In this document: positions 56,156 to 64,000 of the stretch, piece by piece | How positions within the stretch are numbered: the first letter of the stretch is position 1 | Layout: each line of letters begins with the position of its first letter | Assembly: GCA_043228905.1 (NCBI GenBank) | Contig: JBHGNT010000010.1 | Coordinates: 11,222,001-11,286,000 of the forward strand | Source: Azolla caroliniana | Lineage: Eukaryota > Plantae > Polypodiophyta | Length of the DNA stretch: 64,000 nt | Direction: 5' to 3' | Translations under genes and position numbers: made by a program | The notes under the pieces: generated by a model | What the model saw: the letters and a program-made list of their open reading frames with translations, nothing else | Databases searched by the model: none | What the model was told of the DNA's origin: nothing

Positions 56156-59100
56156 TTACACATCCGTAGGTCCCTTCGGACCCTTACCGTTTTCCTTACG
56201 GGTTGCCGTGTCTTCCGTCGCCTCTGCTACGGGTTCCCCGTCGTCTTTTTCTTCCGTCCGTACCCTTCCGGGACAGGATCCCGGTATAGTGCCGGTGAGC
56301 TGCATAAACGGGTTCTTTGGCATCGGTCCTTTATAGGGCTTTAGTCGAAATCCGTTCACCCACTTGCCTAGTACTTCACCGGCAAGTGTCCCTATCTGAT
56401 AGGACCCGTTGTATTCCCGTGTCAACCAATACGGGCCTGTCCATCTGAACCGGAGTTTACCCGGCATCTTGCCCATCCTCGTTTGGAATACTAGAACCGG
56501 CTTTCCGATTTCGAACATCTTTTCGTTACCTTTCCGGTGACGGTCAACGAACGCTTTCCGTCGTCGTTGCTCCAGTTCCATGTGGAGGACGCTGGCCAGC
56601 CGCATTTCCTCCGACTTCTTTTCATTCAGCCGTTCCCGTAGTTGGATCCGTAAGCTTGGTACCTGAAACTCGACCGGCATGACCGCTTCTAAGCCGAATG
56701 CTAGCCGGAGCGTTGTCCGGATACTTGTTTTGTATGCCGTTCGGTACGCCCATAGCGCGCTATGGAGCTTTGTGTCCCAGTCCGTTCGGTTTTCATTGAC
56801 AATTTTGCGGAGAATGTTCTGCAGCGTTTTGTTGGTGGACTCTGCTAACCCGTTCGCTTGTGGGTAGTACGGTGTGCTCCGTTTATGAACCACGGCATAG
56901 AACGTTGTTAAGCTTTCCACTACCTGGCCGAGGAAGTGCCCTCCTTGGTCGCTGATTAATTCAATCGGACATCCATATCGGCACCAAATGTTCTCGTATA
57001 GGAATTTTGCTGTGGATGACGCGGTATTGTCCCTCAAGGCCTTAGCCTCCACCCATTTAGTACAATAATCCGTTGCTACGATGACATAACGATTACCCGT
57101 TCTCATTGCCGGTGGCTTGAACGGTCCGACAAAATCCAACCCCCACTTCTGGAATGGCTCTAGTGGAAGTACCGGTTGGTGTGGCATCCGTGCTTGCTCC
57201 GTAGGCTGGCCCATTCGTTGGCATAGGTCACATTCCTTAGCATACTTGACGGCGTCTTTTAACGTCGTGGGCCACCATAAGCCGCTCTGCCATACTTTCC
57301 TTGCCGTCGCTTCCCCGGCATAGTGTCCTCCGGCAACCCCACAGTGTGCTTCCCGTAAGATTACTTCTTTCTCGTCACTACGGACTGCCCGTCTCCATAT
57401 TCCATCTGCTCCTTTGTGGTAGAGATTGTCCCGTAACAGACAGAAATTGCGGCTCTGCACCGCCAGTCGTTTCCTCTCGTCCCGGTTCATTTCCTCTGGT
57501 GGCAGGCCCGTGCTTAGGAACTGGTGCATGTTTGTCAGCCACCTATCTTCTGATGCCACCGTGTCGTCCGCTGCCGTTTCCGGGGTGATACGGAATAACT
57601 CTGCGTCTGGGAATTCATCCGCTACCCCGTCGCCTGGTTCTCCGGACTCTAACCGGCTCAGGTAGTCTGCTACGGCATGCTGGATACCGGGCCGGTGGAA
57701 AATCTCGAATTCGAACTCCTACAACAGCAAGGTCCAACGGGCCAACTTACCGGTCAGGGACGCCTTGGACACTAAGTACAGGAGCGCCGAGTGATCCACA
57801 TGAAAGGAGAACTTCCTTCCCAATAGGTAATGACGAAACTTTGTTACACTGTAGATCATGCCCAGGGCCTCCCGTTCCGTAGTCGAATAGTTCTTCTCCG
57901 CTTGGGACAGCTTCCGGCTGGCGTAATATACCGGCCGGTACCATTTAGGCTCCGTAAGTTGCATTAAGGCGTTGCCGATAGCGATGTCGGACGCGTCAAC
58001 GAACACGTGAAATTCCTTGCTCCAATCCGGAGGCTGCACGACGGGTGCTTGCGACAAGAGTACCTTCAGGGCATTGTATGCCTTATCCTCCGTATCCGTC
58101 CATTGGAACGGTGTCCGATGTACCGCGGTGTGTAATGGTGTAGCCAAGTCAGCCAAGTGACGGAGCATCCGGCTGTGCCACCGGATCTGTCCTAAGAATC
58201 GGCTTAGTGCTTTGGCTGTTTTCGGCGCCGGTGCCCCTAGTATGGCGTTTACTTTATCCGGGTCGACCGCAATGCCCTCCTTACTTACAATGTGTCCCAG
58301 CAATATTCCACTTGAAACTCCAAAGATGCATTTTGCTGGGTTTAAGCTTAGCCGGTATAATCTACACTTTTCAAGGCATAACCGTAGGTGCTGCAAATGG
58401 TCTTTTCCCCGGCTATAGACTGCAAAATCATCCAGGAAAACTTGCATGAAGGCAGGAATGTATTCGCCGAAGATCTCCATGATGATTCGCTGGAACGTTG
58501 CTGGTGCCGTTTTTAGGCCGAACATCATGACTTCTGCCACAAACACCCCCCATTCGGTGACGAACGCTGTCTTCTCCTGGTCGTCCGGGTGCATCCGGAT
58601 TTGATTGTAACCGCTGAACCCGTCTAGAAAGCTATAAACTTCATGGCCGGCGACGGCATCCAGTACTCCATCCGTGAACGGAAGAGGGAATGCATCCGTA
58701 ATTGTGGCTGCATTTAGTTTCCTGTAATCTACGCACACACGGATTTTACCGTTCTTCTTGGGGACGACGACGATGGGGCTTAGCCACGTCACTTTCTTTA
58801 CCGGCCGGATGAAGCCCACTCTTAGGAGTTTGTCGATTTCCTCCTTCACTTTGGCGGCGTAGTTGGGGTTCATTCGGTAACGTCGTTGCGCCACTGGTTT
58901 CGCGTCCTTGCCTAAGTGGATCTGATGCTGATATAATTGAGGGTCCAGCCCTCGCATGTCCTCGTATGACCAGGCGAATACGTCGCGAAACTCCGTGAGA
59001 AGTTTGATCATCGCCGCTTTATCTTTCGGCTTCATTTCTTTGGCGATGTGAACCGGCTTTGATTCGTCCTTGCTTCCTAGGTTCACTTCGTCGAGCTGGG

Positions 59101-61978
59101 ATGCTTTTACCCGTTGGGAAACGGCCATTTCCCGTTCCAACGCTTCCTGTGCTTGCCGTAATTCCCGAATCGCATCTTTGTCTGGTTCGGCTTCGGTGTC
59201 GTCCCGCTGCGGCAAGTATGGCGCTACGGCTTCAGCTACGTCAATCTCGAAGAGTGGTACGATCTTCGGGTGTTCCTCCAAGTACTGGGCTTCTTCGTCG
59301 TCTGCCAATCCTTCAAGCATGTTCACACATTCCGCATCCAGCGGTGTGCATTCCTTCCCGTTGCTCGTCCGTGGTTGTGTTGGTACCCGGACCTTGGCTT
59401 TTCCGCGCCGGAAGGTAATCATATTTTTCCGCCAATTTTGCTTGATGTGTGCTGTTTTCAACCATGGTCTGCCCAGCAATAGTGGGTACGCGCCTTGCGC
59501 CTGTAGCTGCAGCACGACAGCCGAGATGTGAAATGTGTGACCTCCTATGGTGACTTCCAATTTCCGTATTAAGCCCGTCGGCCGTACAGAGCTCGTATCC
59601 GCCATCCGTAGCCAGAACGGACATGGCTCCCATTCATGTATACCCAAGGCTTCACACGTGCGGAGGCTTATTACGTTCACCCCGGAACCTCCATCGATTA
59701 CTGTGCCGGGAAGTTCGTGCCCTTTGACCATAGCTGTAATTACCGGACTACTAGTGTCCACCACCGTCGGTCCCTCCTCCGGATTCGAGAAGAGGACTGG
59801 TGCCGGTGGGGCTATACCGTCTGTCATGCCCGTTTTTAGTCCTTCCGTAAATCGCGGCACGAGCTGCAAGAGTCTTCCTAACGGCAACGTGATCTAACAT
59901 TCTTGCAGTGCTTGCCATGTCTCGTTTTCTGGGTGGCTACCGCCGGCACTCCCTATGGTATTCACCTTTTGCCGTTCCGCGTCCGCGACGTTCCTTTCAT
60001 TGGCTTCCTTCACCCATTCCGTCGCCTGTTTTCGTATGGCCTCTTGTGTTTCCCACTCTTTGGCCATGCCTTTCGACCGTGTGGTTACTTGCTGTACATC
60101 CATAACTTCCGGAACCACCATATTAACTGCTGGTCGTTTCTCGTAGCTCTTTACCGGGCACTGGTTACTGTAGTGGCCTTCCTGCCTGCAGTAGTAGCAG
60201 TACTCTTTACGGGTATTGCTGGATTCAGCATTGCTGGTAGCCGGAGTCGGTCCCGTAGTGAGTGGTGCGTTCTGTGCCGGTTGGCTCCTTGGGGTGCCAT
60301 GTTCCGGGTCCCTAGTGTGACCACCTTTCTTGAAATTACGTTTCTTATTATTCTTATTTTTATTTCGGTAGTCCGGTCGTGGTGGATCGTAAAATCGGCC
60401 GTAGTCCTCCTGGTGCCTTCGGTAACCAGGAGAATGGTCTCTGTCGTATTGCTCGTGTCGTCTGTTGGGCTCCCGATAACGGTCCGATCGCTCATACCGG
60501 TCGTAGTTATCACGCCGATTCCCGTACCGGCCATCATTCTCTTGCCTGTCTCCGTACCGGACATCCTGTGCCGGTCGGTACCGGTTCATTTTTTGCCAAC
60601 GATCTTCATCTTCGTCTTGGCTGCTTCTTGGCTCGATCCGTCGGACGGGTGGTGCTTGTCGGTTTAACAGGTTATACTCGCACTGGTCCGTTGTATGACT
60701 CTTGGATTGACAAATCACACACTGAGTGCGCATGGTGCACTCTACTGCCGAGTGTCCGGCATTCAAGCAGATTGTGCATTGAATTGCCTGCCGGAACCAG
60801 AGATCTTCCTCGGTGGGTAACGCCCGTTGCAGTGTTCCCAGCGTAAGCCATGAGCTTGACTTTTCCATTTCTCTGACCCGGTCAATGACCTGGTCGATGG
60901 TGCATCCTCGAAAGTCGATCACCGTACACACCGTGCGTAACGGTTCCCGGAGTGCATTTAAAAATATCGTCTGTAATTCCTCCTCCGGGGGTGCACGGGC
61001 AAGCTGGCTATGCATTCGTTGGAAACGGATGACGAATTGGGGAATGCTTTCCCCTGCCTCCTGCCGGATCGTATAAAACAGGCCCACCATTGTCGTCTGG
61101 TCGACCTCCTTGTGGAAAAAATGTAAGAATTTTGCTTTTAATTCTGCAAAGGTTGTGATGGTCGTCGGGTCCTGCGTCCGCCGCCATCGTGTCGCCGGTC
61201 CCTCCAACGTGACTCCGAATTCCGCTATCTTCGAGCGTTCTTCTTCCTCCGGTGTCATTCGCTGGGACGTGTGATTTGCTTCCCACGTCTGCTCGAAATC
61301 ATGAACATGCGCTTCCGCGTCCGGATCATCGCGATACTTTGAATATTGGAACGGCATGTCGTCGTCCAGTATTAGGCCGCGGTTTAGTGGCGTTTGTTGA
61401 TATCTTTCCGGTTTTCTCTCCGGTTCCACTTCCGGTTCTTTTGCCGGTGCTTTTTCCGGTTCCTTCACCGGCTCTTCTTCCGGTACCTTTGCCGGCTCTT
61501 TCGTTGGTGTCGGTGGCTTTGCTTCTTCCACTTCCGGTGTTGGTGGGTTGACGGCTTCCGTTTGCGGTTCCGGATAGCCCTGGTTGAGTGGTTCCGGTTC
61601 TGGAGTCGGCACGGTATCCGACCTGTCGTCCTCCGGGCCGCCGGGGGTATCGTTGCTGCTCCGGTAGTTCGTGTGCACGCTGTATCCCCCTTCGGAATCC
61701 AATTCGTAGGCTGAAAAGGCTTCTGCCTCGTTTTCTCCGCTTGCCAGCGCCTCGAGGAGGCGTTCGGTTTCCCGGAGACTACTTAGACTGCTTTCGTCGT
61801 CCTGGTCGCGAGTTTGCCGTAACCGAAGGGATTCCTCCGCGATTCTCCGGATCTCGTTGGAGAACGAACGATCCGAGCGAATTTCGTGCGCTGCTTGCTG
61901 GAAAGTCTCACGCCGTCTTTGCCGTTCGGCGAGGCGTCGAGCTCGGTCTGTAACCAAGTCGTGCGTTGGTCTAGTCAT
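56156..61978 (-). pseudogene. D gag-pol with in-frame TAG stops at ~59894 and ~57719 and small integrase deletions
   Basis: Three collinear in-frame ORFs carrying gag (3 CCHC knuckles), PR, RT, RNase H and INT homologous to B. Confidence 0.93.
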
Positions 61979-63892
61979 CCATTACCGTCGTTCGCTGCGA
62001 GAAAGCAGGAATCGTGGTCGCCAAAACTGTGTTATTCTCTGACCGGACAAGGCCTAACACAAGGTGTCACGGAGACACTTCACCAAAGGGTGATTACGGC
62101 ATAGGATTAATATTCAACGATACACCGACTTACGTAGGTTACACGATTAGAATGCTTTGGTTAATTACACGCGTAAGATATAACAGTAATTACAGAACGG
62201 AAATCAAGACAGAAGTATAAACATCATAAGCTCTATTAATTATCCGCTGCGATTACAATGTAGTCCGGGCCTTTAAATAGGTTTCCGGCCCGTAGTACAA
62301 AACGGTGCCTCTCGCACCTATTCGGGATCCGTCCGGATCTGGAACGGCATACCGTTTCCAGTCCGTCCGTCCACACTATGCCTATTTACAACCATACTTA
62401 ATTAACTCCTTCACTCCGTATTTTGGACTCCTTGCCGGCCGGTAACACCACTCACATATCGCAATATTCGATGTGTGCACTAAAGGTGCTCGACAGTTGG
62501 TGTTTGCATGAAATGACTTATCACGCCGACCAGATAGCTAAGATTGGGTTGAGTGATCGTTAAGTATATGAGGCTTTCAACAATTTTCCGAAACCAATTC
62601 TCATCGTAGGCCGCTTCGAAGTCAGGATAAAGCTTCAGGTTTCTGTTAAGAGGAATGGAGCCGGCTTGACAATCCGTCATCCGGAACATGTACAACATAC
62701 TCAAGACATAATGTCATTGAGTGATCAATATGCCGTTGGGGGTGTGGATCACTTCAATGCCAAGGAAGTAGTGAAGGTCCCCCAAGTCCTTCATCTCAAA
62801 TGTGGCATACACGTGGGATTTTACTTGGTTAATTTGAACAAAGTCGGGGCCGGTCCTTTCAGACCTTTCCATCTTACGCAACCGGTGCGTGATTTTGGAG
62901 TTCCAAGCTCGTAGGGCTTCTTTGAGACCATAAAGTGACTTCTTTAGCCGGCATACTACCGACTTGTTCAACTCTGACTGAAAACTAGGGGGTTGAACCA
63001 TAAATACCCGTTCTTCAAGGTCGCCTTGAAGGAACGCGTGCTTAACATCCATCTAGTGGAGATGCCACCCCCTTGCCACTGCTACCGCTAGCACCACACG
63101 GACTATCGTCATCTTCGCCACTGGTGCGAAGGTCTCGTCATAGTCAATGTCGTGGGTCTACGCATATCCCTTGGCGACTAATCAAGCCTTATAATGGTTG
63201 ACCGACCTGTTAGCATTGTACTTTACTTTGTACACCCATTTGCATCCGATTGGTTTGCAATGTGTGTGTGTGTGGGGGGGGGGGGGGGGGGGGGGGTCTA
63301 CCAAGTCCCATGTCTTGTTGGCATGAAGTGCCCACATTTCTTCCTTCATGGCCGATCGCCATTTGGCATCCTAGGATGCCTCCGCATAGCTCTCTGGCTT
63401 GCGAACTTCTGCCACCTTTGTCATGTATGCATAATGATGCAACATGTAGTCATTGTATCCATACCGGATTACCGGGTTCTTGTGGCTAGTCGATCGACGT
63501 AACTTCTCATTAGCCGATTTCAAGGCCCTCTTGGCTACATCTTACCTCAATTCTTGAGGTTCGTCTTCACTCTGGTTGGTGTCAGATTCTCCCTAATCCG
63601 ATGCACCTCTGTTTGTGCTGTACTCCGGCATCTTCATCTTCCCCTTCTCTTTGCGCGTATACTATCTCCTCGGTTCCTTGCACGAACGAGTCTTCACTGC
63701 TCGCCTGCTCTTTCTTTATTCGGTTGGTCATTCCAACTCAGCTCTCTATTTGGGCCACTCAGTCGGAATGAAATCAGGCTCTGTTCTAGAGTACCGATAT
63801 CTTCTTCTTCTTCTCCCCGAATCATCTCGGTCTCACTTGCCTCATCTTGAGTAATCGGAATGGAGTTGTCAGAAGTTGGCGACAGAAGAGAA

Positions 63893-64000
63893 TGTTGGGA
63901 AAACAGGTCCCTCCGAATGGGAAGAGTACGAGCTGAATCAAATAGAGAGTCGACAGGAAATTCGGGCAAGGCCAAAATCAGAAATCTATTATATAATCGA
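63893..64000 (+). mobile_element. Start of a Copia LTR (family of 11692-11988) inserted into C2; runs off the window
   Basis: TGTTGGGAAAACAGGTCCCTCCGAATGGGAAGAGTACGAGCTGAATCAAATAGA matches the reverse complement of ~11935-11988. Confidence 0.8.

Larger units (their letters stand above)
52717..62447 (-). mobile_element. Gypsy element D (A/B family, distinct subfamily)
   Basis: 418-bp LTRs 52717-53134 and 62030-62447, identical by eye; perfect TSD CCACT; PBS TGGCGACCAC at 62014-62023. Confidence 0.96.
51219..63892 (-). mobile_element. Degenerate Copia element C2 (C1 family): 3' LTR 51219-51691, PPT, RNase H, RT and INT-RT linker; interrupted by D and by an LTR at 63893
   Basis: PPT TTGAGGGGGAG before TGTTGAGAAGC; KQIEVHYHFV (RNase H); MDVKHAFLQG, LKKSLYGLK, GCKWVYK (RT); linker homologous to 17150-17540. 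Confidence 0.9.

Noticed and set aside
63261-63297. (TG)n plus poly-G run in C2 RT as a G-quadruplex signal
   Set aside because: Corresponds to CCTCCCCAACAC in C1; best explained as slippage expansion in a dead copy

Overview
Eukaryotic, TE-dense land-plant DNA. The element families, the abundance of (AG)n/(TG)n repeats and the gene style suggest a fern-like genome, which is an inference. Most of the window is nested LTR retrotransposons. A decayed Ty1/Copia element (14336-40370, TSD CATAT) contains a non-chromovirus Ty3/Gypsy element A (17541-37779). Element A in turn contains an apparently intact sister element B (23449-33557) with identical LTRs, a single gag-pol ORF and a second ~960-aa ORF. 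A second Copia of the same family (51219-63892, minus strand) contains a related Gypsy D (52717-62447), and a fourth remnant E lies at 9444-11691. There is also a Tf2/Tcn1-type Gypsy pol remnant and several Copia LTR/RNase H fragments. Two host genes are recognisable: an intronless DTW-domain tRNA acp3U transferase (44811-45605) and a divergent Ycf20/DUF565-like membrane protein (48778-49176). Main discovery candidate: all four copies of the A/B/D/E Gypsy family lack a polypurine tract. In its place, 2 nt from the 3' LTR, they carry a tRNA-Arg(UCU)-like 3' end (T-arm plus ...GUGCCA) with a covarying hairpin inserted in the T-loop. On the opposite strand this reads as a second, inverted primer-binding site, suggesting tRNA-primed or tRNA-mimic-primed plus-strand synthesis.
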